DNA of 64,000 nt, from the NCBI GenBank assembly GCA_013265495.1, contig MU058065.1, forward strand, positions 10,333,720-10,397,719, given 5' to 3'. The notes beneath the pieces are model-generated. The model was not told the DNA's origin. It did not search any database and saw only the letters and a list, made by a program, of their open reading frames with translations. Every line of letters starts with the position of its first letter. The first letter of the stretch is position 1. This document shows, one piece after another, positions 51,293 to 64,000 of the stretch. The position numbers were made by a program, and so were the translations under genes. Origin of the DNA: Vicugna vicugna. Taxonomy: Eukaryota.

Positions 51293-52994
51293 TACTCACT
51301 TTGATAAGATCTTATTTGCCTCATATGAATCATATTTTGCTTGGCTAGATTTCAATCCAGAGAAGATTTTTGAAGAAGGGCGTATAAATACTGTACTATT
51401 CAATAGACTGTGGTAATGATATGAATCACAAAGAGTACAAAAGAAAGAATTTGAAAATGTCTTTATGTTGCTTTGACACATGGAGAAATGTAGTCACAGG
51501 TAGAACTTAGGCACCACATCTTTTTCCCAAATTCAGCAGATGTTGGTTGTTCTACTGTCTTCTGTTTCTATATTTGATGAATCTGAGGTTAACTTTTTCT
51601 TGTGGGTGGTCGATTATAAGTTATTAAAAAAATTAATTCCTACTCAGATAGTAGGATTCTTTGAAGTTAAATTATTTCATGAAAAATTTCTGAAATTAAA
51701 TGACTTTATTTTCATAATAGTATGATTATACCTTCTTTGGTTATCTAGGAACTTTTATAATTTCATGTTAGCACTTGAGCTAGAGAGCTACATTTATTTA
51801 AGGTCTGGGTGAGTGGGAATGTGTTATCCTGGGCAGCCTTAGTCTGAAAATTTTCTCTGAAACTTCTGTCTCAGTTTGTTAAGTATCAATACCTGTGATC
51901 ACCTTTGAAAAGTACTTCTGCTTCTTCCTACTGCTTTTATGGGAACCAGCTACGTTTTTGATAAAATGGGTGAGACCAACTCCCTGAAATGTATTGACAT
52001 TTTTATTTTGTACTTCACCATGTATTTTCATTTCATTATTACTACTGTTCCATAGCTGCAAATTTGACTTCTTTTCACATCTTATTTTTCTTATTTTAGA
52101 AAATTGTGATTCAGGGACAAGGGAGAGGGGAATTGGGAACAACTTAGCCAGATATTTTCTTTAATTATTTCCCCCAGCCTCCTTTCCTATTGTGGTGAAA
52201 GAAAGGACCCAAAGTGGTGGATAGTTTTTAGCCTGCTGTGTGCCAAGATCCTTTACAAGCCTCCTTTAGATTTCACTCCATATTTACCCACGTTACCACA
52301 TTGTGCTCATTTGCAGCAAATTGTGTACATACTACTGGTTAATTCTTTCCATTTTTCTTCCAAACTTTATGTTCATCTGATCAGTATTGTTTGAACTTTG
52401 TGTTATTAGGTTAGGGCTTTTCTACTTTGGGTGTTTTATTTTGTGGGGATTTATTTCGGAGGGTAACGTGGGGCAGGGAGGGTTTTTAACGTATACTTGG
52501 GATGACACTAACTTCAAGGCCAGAGAAACTTAAAGATGGGTGATGTTGTACCTCTAGAAACCAGCATTCACTTCAGAAATAATTCCAGGTGCTTTCTGAT
52601 TCTCCCATTCAATACTTTAAAATTCAAAATCCAAGAGCAGTTTGGATGCAAAAGAAAACTGTACTGAGCTCCATTCTTTTCCCCTCATGCCCTAAGTAAA
52701 AATTACAATACAAGTTACTGCCTTAGAGATTCTGTTTATGTGTAGAGATACCTAATCAGGTACTAGAGATTCCAAATTTACTTTCCAAAACAAACTACTA
52801 TTTATGAATGTTAAATCTAGGCAAATCTGATTTTATTTCAGATTAGTCACATGCCAAACCCAAGCAAATGCAATATACTTTTCACATTGTGAAACAATAT
52901 TCTCAATGCAGAGGTTGGAGACTGAGGCCTTTCTCCTATTGAAAAATATCAGGTCAGGTTGAAATATACATCATGGTCAAGTTCCAATCTAAAA

Positions 52995-53480
52995 CTTTAT
53001 ATAACTGGAATCATACACTTTGTTTTTTAATGTCTTGTTTCTTTCATTCATTCAGCATAATTTTAGATTTATCCTTGTTGTTGTTGTGTAAATAGATTAT
53101 TTCTTCATATTGCTGAATAGAGTTCCAGTGTATGAATTGCCACCGCTTATACAGTCTTCTATTGATGGACATCTGGGATATTCGGTTTTTTGCCATTATG
53201 AATAAGGCAGCTATGAACTATTTTGTGTTTTTATGTGTCATTTCCCTTGAATAAATCTTAAAAATGACATTGCTATGTCACCAGGTAGATGTGTATTTAT
53301 TTTTGTAAGGAACTGCCTATTCTAAATGGTTGTGCCATTTTACATTCCTACAAAGAATATATGAGAACTAATACATTTTTCTAATACATGGTATTATTGG
53401 GGTTTTTAATTAATTAATTAATTAAAATTAATTAATACCTATTCTGGTGAATGTGTAGAGATATTGTGGTTTTAGCTACA
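52995..53480 (-). mobile_element. L1MB/ME-like 3' fragment with (TTAA)n at ~53404-53436
   Basis: ggaatcatacac, ctattgatggacatctggg, ccattatgaataaggcagctatgaac, gtgccattttacattcc. Confidence 0.8.
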
Positions 53481-53499
53481 CTTACCAAACTTATAGTTG

Positions 53500-54040
53500 A
53501 ATGTCAAATCAGAAAGCAGGCCTAATATAGTTTGTAATTATTATACTTTAGATATTTATGCAATAAATTTTTGTTTATACTTATTAAATATAACATCTAA
53601 AAATAGGTAAAACATCATGACTTATATACAAATATAAAATGAGCATATGCCAAATATTTTATTGATTAATGAGAGAACCAGTAAGCTGTTTCAACCAACT
53701 CAAAGGAAAATTTAAAAACCATTGTCTTATATAGGCCAGAAACTTACAAATAGATGCAAAACTGTTTTTTTTCCATGGGGTGTATTAGAGGAATCAAGTG
53801 TTTCTTTATTGGACAAGCTTTTACTCTATGATTATAAACAATAATTTTTTGCATTGCTTTCAGTTTTCTGCAACTTACAGGGCTGTAAGTAGCCTGAAGA
53901 AAATTATACAATGGCAAAGCTCCATAGAATCAGATAACCTTGTAGAATGTACTCTAAACAATGCACAGTTTTCCTCTGAGGACACTCAGTAATTTTTTGT
54001 TCCATTTCAATACCTTTCATAATTTTCCCCTATATACTTA
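53500..54040. mobile_element. Probable old interspersed-repeat fragment (possibly ERV-internal), family unresolved
   Basis: gagcatatgccaaatattttattgattaatgagagaaccagtaag is a motif I recall from mammalian interspersed repeats; the assignment is uncertain. Confidence 0.3.
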
Positions 54041-55137
54041 TGGTTGGTGATAAAATAATCTGTTTGCAATTCCAAGAAATAAAAATACTTAATGGTCAAT
54101 TTTATGTGTGTATTTGTGTGTGTTGTGTGTGTGTGTGTACATATATAATATCAGGAGGCATACTGACTATGCTTTTGCTTGTTAAAAGTTGGGCACCAAA
54201 TCAGGGAGTACATAAATCTTACTTTTGGTGACATTCTTTTGGAACTAAGAAAGATGCTTGTAAAGAAAATTATGTATTATACACACAGAGACACACACAT
54301 TCATTTAACACAGTTATAACTACTGTTTTGAAAATTTAGTTTTATGTAATGACTACAATTTTACCCATACAAAAAAGTGATTATATCCTTAGGAAGTCAT
54401 TATTTATCCTTATCAAAGGAAGGTTATGGAATTTGTTTTTATCTTCAGACTGGCTTGATCAATTTTAAGTTGGGAGTGTAAAATACATAAATAATACATA
54501 CACAAATATAATATGTTATATACATATCCATATATAGCATGGTCACTGTAGAGTCTACTGCATCCTGAGTTGTCCAGATGGATTTGACCTCCAAATTTAC
54601 ATGAGGTATGGAGACTCCTCTAAATGTGTACCCAACTGTGTAGAGAAGAAAGGAATTAATCACCTAATGACTATATTAAGCAAATAGGGGTCATAATGGA
54701 GGGGAAGGAGATGCTATTCAGTTAGATGATTGTCTTTTGTTTTACCCCTAACAAATTCATCAATTTAATAATCTACTGCTGGTTGCAATACTGAGTTGAC
54801 AGCCTATAATTTATTCAGTCATTTGATATAAATTCATTGATTCTGCTAAATGCTAGCCACTATTCTAGGTATTTAGGATACAGAAGACAGTGTTCATGAA
54901 AACAGCCTGTCAAAGGAGATAGACAAGTTAAAATTTTGGATAAAATGCAATATGTGTTAAGGTAGAAATTATTTTTCAGATAGTAGGGTCAATTTTAAAC
55001 AAAGTACAAAAATGTGCTAATTTTAATTTGAAAAGCAGGTGGTTTAAATTTGTCTGAAAGAAAACACCAATTTAAGTAAATTAATCTAGTTAAATGCCTT
55101 CTTTGATATACTAAAATAGACTGATTTCTTATTCAAC

Positions 55138-56200
55138 ACTTTTTAAATCAAAACTTTAAAGTATTTTGTCATAATTGTGGATACATATTCAGTTGTAAGA
55201 AATCAAATAGAGAGAGCCATGTATTCCTTACCCAGTTTCTCCCAGTGATAACATCTTGTGAAACTATAGTACAGCAGTGTTACAACCTGTTGTTAACACT
55301 GTTGACATTGACATTGATTTGGTCTACTAAACAAACCATCATCACAAGTATGCTTCTTGTCTTTTTAAAGCCATACCCATTCCCTTCTCAATTCCCCTGA
55401 CCCTGACCTCTGGCAACGGCTAATCTATTCTCTATTTCTGTAACTATCCTTTCAAATAAATGGAATCTTATAGTGTGTGAACAATTAGAATTGTATTTTT
55501 TTCACTCCACCTTATTTCCTGAAAATTCATCCAATTTATTGTGTTTGTCAATAACACATTCATTTTTATTGCAGAACAGTATTCCATGATATAAATGGAC
55601 CACAGTTTGTTTAATCATTCACCTTTTGAAGGGCATCTGTGTTGTTTCTGGGTTTTGGCTATTATGAATAAAGCTCCCCATCATTCATACCTGCATTGAA
55701 AACACATTTTTATTTCTTCAGAATAATGTGTAAGAGTGCATTTTACTGGGTTGCGTGGAGTTGTATACTCAGTTTTAGAAGAACCTTCTAAACTATTTCC
55801 AGAGTGGCCTTACCATTTTATATTTCTACAAGCAATATCTGAGTAATTCAGTTTCTTGATATCCTTGCAGCATTTGGTGTTGTTAGTGTTTTTATTTTAG
55901 TTATTTTGATGAGTGAAATGATAACATTATTTTAATCTGTATTTCCCTAATAGTTAATGATGCTGAACATCATTTCATGTACTGATTTGCTATCTGTATG
56001 TCTTCTTCTGTGAAATGTTTATTGATGTCTTTTGTCCATTTTCTAATTGGATTTTTAAAAACATTTTTAAAAAATGTTTACTCTTGCTCCAATCTAGTTC
56101 TTTATGCATTCTTGATATGAATTCTTTGGCTGATAGTGGTTTGCCCATACTTTCTTCCAGTCTATATACATGCCATCCTTTGACAAGATGTTTCTCAGGG
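55138..56200 (-). mobile_element. L1MD-like 3' end
   Basis: cagttgtaagaaat, tacccagtttctcccagtgataacatcttgtgaaactatagtaca, ccagagtggc; ORF 55990-56304 has a weak ORF2 C-terminal resemblance. Confidence 0.85.
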
Positions 56201-56714
56201 AATTTTTTAGAATTTGTATTATTTATATATAGTTTACTTATAAATGTTGAAAATTTGGAATAAATTAATGATCCTTTAGAGTCTAAAGAAATATACATAA
56301 ACATTAGGGTAATTCTGTAAACCTTCTGGTGGCAGCTATAAGAAAACTTAAAGGAACAGAGAACCAGTACTTTAAGTGTTTTCCCAAATAACAGCTGTGT
56401 ACAAAATCAGAAAGCAGACTAGGATTTGGGGTTTCCATTCCGTTTCCTCATCCACCTCCTTTTTTAACCTAGCCTTAGATTCCTAAAGAAAAATCTTGAT
56501 TAAAAAAATTCATGCTTAAGGCTGAGAAGCACTAGTAACAGTATGTTAATATTCTAATTTTGATAGGAGACTGTGGTTTAAACCAAAAGAATATTGGATA
56601 GAAGTAGGATTTTCTTTCTTTTTGATAGGAGTTAGTGAAGAGATGGAGAAATGTACATATTAATTTAGCATCTACTATCTTTAGTCACAATATTTGGTAT
56701 TTTTCCTATGTTAT

Positions 56715-57041
56715 CTTATATGAGTCAAATTGTTTTCCCCACTGATTCATGTCACACCAAACCTGTGACTGTGACCTTATTTAGAAATAGGGTCTTTGCA
56801 GATGTATTCAAGTTAAGATGAGGTCATACTGGACTATAATGGGCCCTAAATCCAAGATGACTAGTGTCATTATAGGAAGAAGGAAATTGGAACACAGCTA
56901 CATAGGCACACAGGAGAATGCCATGTGAACACAAAAGCAGAAATTGAAGTTACACTACCACAAGCTAAGAAGTGGCAGAAATTGCCAGTTATCACAAACT
57001 GGAAGAGAGTTTCACTGTGGCAATCCTAGGAAACTAATACA
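56715..57041 (+). mobile_element. MaLR solo LTR, MLT1C-like, 3' part internally deleted
   Basis: tgtgaccttatttagaaatagggtctttgcagatgta, gttaagatgaggtcatactgga, gcaatcctaggaaactaataca. Confidence 0.88.
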
Positions 57042-57719
57042 TTGACTCTCAGAATCATAACCAAAGAAATTTCAGAGATGAGAAACTGAATTTTAAGAGA
57101 GTAAATTATTTGTTCTGTTACATAGGTTTGGAAGGAATGAGACCTTACATTTAACTGAAACATTGTTTTCTGAACAAAGCTCATGTTATTATCATTACTC
57201 TAGCTGGTTGATATTTTTGGACAATCTAAATTTATAATGTAGAGGGAGGTAAATTAATTCCAGAGTTTCCCTGAATATACAATTCACTCATATTCAGTGC
57301 ACACACATACACACACTTTCAAACGTGTCATTTCACATCTAATAAGTATGAATAGTTTAATTAGCCTTATTAAAGGGCCAGATTTTATAATCACAAGATA
57401 ACTTATTAGGAGAAAGAACCCAGTATCAGACCATAAGAGTAAAATGGTTGAATAATTGAATACATAATAGATTTTTGGGTCGAGTGAACAGTTGAAAATA
57501 AAAAAATAAGATCAGTGCCAAAACTAAGTCATCACACAGGGGAGAAGTTGATGTTTCCAATTCGCGTCCATTTTAATCAGTGTCAGGTTATGGTGGATCA
57601 GATGACACTCCTGCCCTCTTTAGGTAGCAACATTTCTTAGTAAGGGGCGAGAGAGAGAGAAACATATTTCAGCCAAAGTTAATGTGGGTGGCAAGTTCTC
57701 TTGGCAGAATCTGATCATT

Positions 57720-57786
57720 ATCTCAGAACAATGCCTGGTATGTAGTAGGTACTCCATAAGATTGTACTGAATAATTTAATGAATGC
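57720..57786 (+). mobile_element. L2/MIR 3' end relic
   Basis: agaacaatgcctggtatgtagtaggtactccataa...aatgaatg. Confidence 0.6.
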
Positions 57787-58764
57787 AGGTCATGGTTCTT
57801 AAGGAGTATCCTACTCCAGATTAAAAGCTACAAGCCCTTACTGGCTTTATTGCTGGAAATTAGTGCATATATAAGGCTTTCCTAGCTGTCTATGTTTACT
57901 TCCTGGTGTGCTGTCTGTTGTTGTTGTTTTTTTTTTTTGCTCCAATCTTTTCAGGATGTTTCTATGAATTATGTAAGATTGCTGATTTGCAAGACTTATT
58001 GGGCTAATACTACTTGAGCATCAGAGGAAGGAATGGGGTCCTTGTCTATTTCATGACTGACCAACCAGCAGTTAAGAAACACCAGGCTGTATTGTTTGTG
58101 TATATAATGGATGTAAGAAATGGCAAATCACACCTACTACGTAGGAACAAAATTTCCAAGGATTTCTTACGAGGACAGGTTCCTGCTCTACTCCTCTCCT
58201 TTTTTCACATGACCAGAGCCCACTTACTTCTCAGTAGATCAGTTTTCCTGAGTATATCCATGCGTTATACTCCAGGACAATTGACCCCTAGCCCCAAAGT
58301 TGGTTGATTGTTTTTTTACTCTGTACTACATATGTAATAAGAAAATCACACAATGGATTGATAACACATTACTCTGTTTGGGCTATGTAATTAAAAATAT
58401 ATATATCATATTGTGTCACCAACAGTTTGTCTATTGGATCTGTACCAAATTAGTCCTTTTCTTCCCCCCCTAAGCTTTGCTCATCAACGTTTACAAAATT
58501 ATGGAGTGCAGGCTCTGCCTGGAAAAGTGAATTACAGTTGTTTCAGAAAACAAAAAAATAAAACTTGAACTCTACAAAAAGTTAAAAAAAATCAAGATTT
58601 ACATTACTAGTAGATGGTGACTGAATGCCCATGAATAAGTTAAAGAGGTGGCTTAGGGAAAGCCCATAAGGTCATTGGCAATAAATTGATGCAAACAGTG
58701 AGTGAAGTTGATGCAAATCGGAATGAGGAGGAAAAAAATTAAAAACTGACTATGCAACTATTAT

Positions 58765-58930
58765 TTACATGCTTTTTCACATATAGTGTTTCATATAAAT
58801 ATTACGATGATTCTGTGGATTAGCAAATTATAATTTTTTCCATTATAGAGATGAAGAAATAGAAAAGCTATGCATACCACATAGCTACTGAAGGAGGAAT
58901 TGTGATTTAAGCACAGGTCTCCGTAACAAC
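58765..58930 (-). mobile_element. MIR relic
   Basis: cccattatagagatgaagaaa, cacatagcta, gatttaagcacaggtct. Confidence 0.6.
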
Positions 58931-59829
58931 AAAACTTGTATTTAAATGGGAACAAATGTTGGTGTAAATGAGGGAATAAAATGTCTCCATGGCTAAAGCT
59001 TCCAGAAAGTCAACATTTTTCCAGAGTAGGTAGAATTGGGGGTTTCAGAACATGAACTGCCTTGCACCTTAATTATTTAAGATTCTCATCAATAACTTTG
59101 GGGGAATCTGTCAGAAAAAAGTAAAGACATTTAGAAGTGGAATGCATCAGTAGAATTATTCTTAGGGTAGAGATGACCACAAAGGAGGAGTGTTTAAGGG
59201 TTTCTAAAGAGAAAAGCAAAAAAGTTAATGAATATTGTGAGTTTGTGTTTGAAGGACAGAATGGGTCTCAGAGGTCAGTCACAGAATTTTGGTATTTTAT
59301 CAGAAATTGTGAGTGAAGAAAAGATGAGGTTGGGGAGTTTGGCAAGGAATAACTGATAAAGGTCCTTAAATAACATTAATTCTAGGATAACCTTGTCTAA
59401 AAACTACGGAGTGACTTTGAAACGTTAGTACTGATCATATACTTGAAAAGGTAAGTTTTATTCGATTAGTTTATATTGATTGGAAGAGTTTTTATTTAAA
59501 CAACATATCTGGATTAGCTTTATAATGAAGATTTGGCTACACTAAAAATAATATTTGGAGAAAGTTTGGACTGGAGGACAGGGTCACCAGTTAGAAAGTT
59601 TCAGAAATTATTCAGTAATATGAGAATTCACTGACCTGTTATTTAGGTGTTTGTTTTTGTATTATTTATTATCTGTGAGTAGCCAGATATTTCTTGAGGT
59701 CTGGGATTTTGTTTTTATTACTGAAGGGCATATTTGCAATAGAGTAAATATGAGTATATTTATTCATTTTTTACTTTTCACATCCATTCATTCTTGTCTC
59801 TGAAAATTGTAGTCAAATTACCTGTGTGT

Positions 59830-60290
59830 GTTAATATCCTTCTTTCAAGTGTTCCTGATGCAGTTGACTCTGTCCCTAACCTTGAAGATATATAGGAGTA
59901 ATGATGGGTACGCAGGCTTGGAAAATCAGAGTGTAACCACAATAAATGGTTTTATAACCAGAGCCAATGGGATACATAAAAATGTTGAGGTAACTTCCTG
60001 GAAAAATAATTTCACTCTTTCCCTCGAGAGTGAAAATGGAATCTGAGAGTGTAGAAAGTATGAAGCTACCACAGCTACCTTTTACCTTGAAAAGAGAGTT
60101 GTGTAGAAATGGAGTTTTACCTAGAAAAAAAAAAAAAGGTTAGTATATGGAAAGAAGAAGTTCCTGTAATGTTGTTAGAGGTCTTGCATCTGATAATGGC
60201 TAAAGTCTTCTTGGACTTTTAAGTTATATTACCTTTTTACGTGAATGAGTCTGAGTTGGATTTTCTGCCATGAGAGTTCTAACTGATATA
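59830..60290 (+). mobile_element. MaLR solo LTR, MLT1K-like
   Basis: caggcttggaaaatcagag, gagccaatggga, cttggacttttaagttat, tgagttggattttctgcca, agagttctaactgatata. Confidence 0.65.
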
Positions 60291-60386
60291 AAGACAGGCA
60301 ATATGTTTTTGTTGAGTGCCGAATAAAAGAAAGAAAAGTTTGCCATGAGTGTTGGATAGCTGTATCCTTAAATATAAAGTTCTGAA

Positions 60387-60570
60387 ACAGGAATATTTAA
60401 CCTAGTGTCCATGGATCTGCATGCATATAATTCTAATGGTCTACAACATGATCTCCATCAATTATATGCAAAGTTTTGAGAAGGTATACTTATTTGCATT
60501 TCTCTGTGGTAAGGGCCAAGCATTTTGATCACAGTCTCAAAGAAGTCTATGACCTGTAACTTTGAAAGGA
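60387..60570. mobile_element. hAT-Charlie MITE, MER103C-like
   Basis: taacctagtgtccatgga, tgcatttctctgtggtaagggcca, tctcaaagaagtctatgacc. Confidence 0.65.
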
Positions 60571-63500
60571 AAAATAAATGCAGAAAGCATAAAATTAGAA
60601 TAGATCAGTGTTTGCATGTTATCTATTTATAGCTGCAGGATTGTCAAAAAGCAATTTTCAAAAATCATAAATTTGAATGCTAGAAGATATATTAAATACC
60701 ATCCCCCCATTTTTAACCCAAATTTAAAGCAAGACCCTTCAAAATGTGTTATTTATTCTGAGATATAAGATGTTTAGACTTAACTGACTTCAGATCATTA
60801 TAAATCCAATTATCCCCTTAGATTAAGATAACACTGCTTCTTCTTGTAGTTGTGACATGTTTATAACGAACTTTTGACAGAAACATACATTTTTTGAAAT
60901 AGCAACACATTTTAGAGGTCAAATTCAAAAGTTTGATATATATGGTAATCTCTTGAGGAACAAATTGCAGCTTAATCTAAAAATCTTTTGTAAAGGTATA
61001 AAATATAATTTTGATGATTATTGTGACTTGTCTTTTTTTCTACCTAAGTAATTTGTGTCATAATAGTTTCCACATTACAAATATACCAATTGTTAATCTT
61101 AATACATTTATTTTCATGGGACTCCTTTGGATGGATTTTAGTTGGTGATTAACTTTTTAACTTCATGATTTTGTGTAATGCAGACAGCTATTGGAATGTT
61201 CACATTAGGGTTTTTTTCTTCGTTGTTATTTTACAATATCTGTTTTCACCACAGGATTTTAAAGAATTTTTAACCAAATAATTCAATCATATATAACTGT
61301 GGAGAAATGCAATTTGAAGGAGGAAAACAGAAATAACTCCAGTAGCCAGTTTGTCCTTGAGCTCAATACAAATTGTCTCACAAGTTCTTCCCAAATCCAA
61401 ACAACAAATCATTAAGCAATTGCTTTTTGTTCAAATGTAGTTTTTCACAGTATGCTTTTTTCAGAGAACATAGCTATACCTGTAACATAGTATTTTTAAT
61501 GCAATACAAGAGGGAGCTATCCAAGGTTGTTTATACTGTGTGAGTAGTGTAGACTGTAGGTATGTTTTCCTGTTTTCCCTATTTATAACAGCCTCAAAAT
61601 GACTTAAGACTGGTGGGAGCTTGTAAGTGAAAATGACCAGAAAGCCTTTATAATTTATTAATTAAAACTTGTCTAGTACAATGGACACTTTCCAAGGGGG
61701 TGGTGATAGATTTTAGAGGGTTGTGCAAACCGAGCAAGGAAATGTATACCTAGAGGAGAACAGAGAAGATTCTAAGTGAATTCATAAGTAATGATTAGTC
61801 AAATAGTATTACATAGGTAGCTTTTATTCTTGGAAAGTATGAGATTGACTGTGGCTCTGTAAGCATGATATCTCCTCCCAGTGTCTTGGGCAGGCTGAGG
61901 TAATGAATTCTTTGCAACTTAATATGATTCTAAGGAAACTTTCCTGAAACTAGATCCTTCAATCACAATATAAGCACAGGAAGGATGCTATTTGTTTACT
62001 TGATTCTCCCTCTCAGGAGATTGGACTAGATTAACAGAGGACTGGTTAGCTGAATAGATGTGGAAAATGAGTTAAAAGAGAAATGTTGTATAAAAGCAAG
62101 ATTACTAGAATAGGGATCTAAATTTAGATTGCTGCTAGGGTCAATGAAAATAATTCGAGTGTTAGGGCTGAGATTCCATTTTCCTGAGTTATATTCCAGC
62201 TTCCCTAAGCACTGTCTGTCCTGGATTTCCATGAAGTCTAACCTTCCATTTAAGGGATAGGCAGTATATCAATTATTTAATAGGTAGTCTGATTGTCTCC
62301 ATCAGTTGAAATTAATTGAACACAAATTACATTCATGACTACATTTTACCACTTTTTGCAGTGGTGGAATGAGAGCAGTGGTGTATCCTGTTAAACTTCA
62401 TTCTCTTTGAGAGAAAGCACTACATTTTATTCTAGTTCAGAACTTGGGATACCGTAGGTGCTCAACACATGTTTGTAAAATTAATGTAGGGAATGGCTAT
62501 GTGTAGAATATGAAAATGAAAAAAGGAAATAGAAAAAATAAAGAAGACAAAGATATAAAAAGCTTTATATTCACAGTAGTAAACAGAATATAACATCAGG
62601 CCAATTTTGAAGAATAGCCCTGTATTGATGATTTTTTTTTAAATTTGTAGATCTCTGGTTGCATTAAATAATAAAAGAAAATTCAGTACTGAAATGAAAA
62701 CATTGTTTAGTACTTTCTTAAGAATTGTGTTTTGAGGATCCTAGAATTAAAGAAAGGGATGGTGAAATTCATGTTTTTCCTCCCAATCCATTGATATTTT
62801 TTCCTCAGTTGCTTTGCTGGTATCTACGAGTGAATGAAGGGAGACATATTTGAAAAATCTGATATTATGCTTGTGAGTACTCTACTAAATCCATGAGTGT
62901 AACTTATGTTAACAAATAAAATATTATGCTAACTTTGACTTGAAATTGTGAAATATGGAGACTGTTCAGAAAGTCTGGGAAAATAAACATACTTTTATTT
63001 TGGGATAAAGGAATCAATATTCTTCCACATGTTCTTATTATATCACATATATGAAGGAGATACTTATACTTAAATTCTAAGTTTTATTTTAAACTGAAAA
63101 TCTATTTCTTGCCATCAAGTCTGGATATGCACCACACTTTTGAAAGCTATTTATTTTTTATGAGTATTTTTGGTAATATTAGACTTTTTTTTCTACCACC
63201 CCCAGCACTGATTTTTTAAACTACCAATACAGTTGATAGGGTTTGTTTCTGTGAGTAGGCTGAGAATTTATCTTCAGCTAAGAATGATATTCCTAGAATC
63301 TTAATTATTATTTTTTCTTTTTATTTGAGACTTCAGACATAAAAATCTTTTTTGGAATTAATCCTCTGTGTATTTGGTTTATAATTGTTATATAGATGCA
63401 AATTGCTTTCCATTAACATCCATTGTTTTATTTCCTTTTATTTGTGAACTAAATTAAATGTTCTTCTTTACTGAATGCATAGATCATAGACTCAGATAAT

Positions 63501-64000
63501 GCAAATGACCTCTAAAGTTTATAGTAAATGAATTGCATGGCTTTGAGCCACTAATACATCTTTATATTTCTTTCCCTCTTTAATCTTTGAAAATAATTTT
63601 ATAGTATATATCTCTCTCTATATATACATACACACATATTATAAAATAAAGATATCATTCACCCTTTATTTCACATAGTGGATTAAAAAAAACACATGAC
63701 TGACCTTTAATACAAGTTATGCTATATATTGCACAATCTTTTTTTCTACCACCCTCTTCTGGGTGTGATATACCTTGGATTTCAAGTTAACATCTCTCAA
63801 TCTAATTGTCTTATTCTAAATAATTCATAGAAGCATGGAAAAGTGGGGCAGTTCTACTGTTGACATACATTGAGAACTGTACAGATACTGTTACCTTGAT
63901 TTAAGTGAGAATGCTGTTGAATTCTGGTTTAAAATGAGAGTTTGAAAATGCTTCTAGTTTGGACCCCCATCCCACCCTACCTCTCAGCTCCTGTTGAATA

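Overview
AT-rich, CpG-poor mammalian genomic DNA made largely of decayed transposable elements. I found no intact protein-coding gene, RNA gene or CRISPR array. The L1 3' UTR at ~34.1-35.0 kb resembles camelid (alpaca/camel) L1, and I recognised no Alu, Bov-A/Bov-tA or PRE SINEs, so a camelid or other cetartiodactyl origin is inferred. Main content: one near-full-length decayed L1 (+, ~1.8-8.2 kb), a three-level nest of L1s (~14.9-19.1 kb), many L1MC/MD/ME, L2 and MIR relics, MaLR/ERVL solo LTRs (MLT1A0 x2, MLT1G/H, MLT1C, MLT1K, MLT2), and DNA-transposon MITEs (Tigger2-like, MER5A, MER103C). The supplied ORFs are L1 ORF2 remnants or chance ORFs. Best second-look items: an unidentified ~1.9 kb retrocopy-like block (-, ~48.9-50.8 kb), a ~180 bp polyadenylated insert inside the MLT2 LTR, a candidate L1 5' transduction defined by a 15/16 TSD, several inverted or permuted L1 junctions, and a candidate 18-nt microexon. 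I see no convincing new biological system. Repeat names come from recalled consensus sequences, not a search, and boundaries are approximate.
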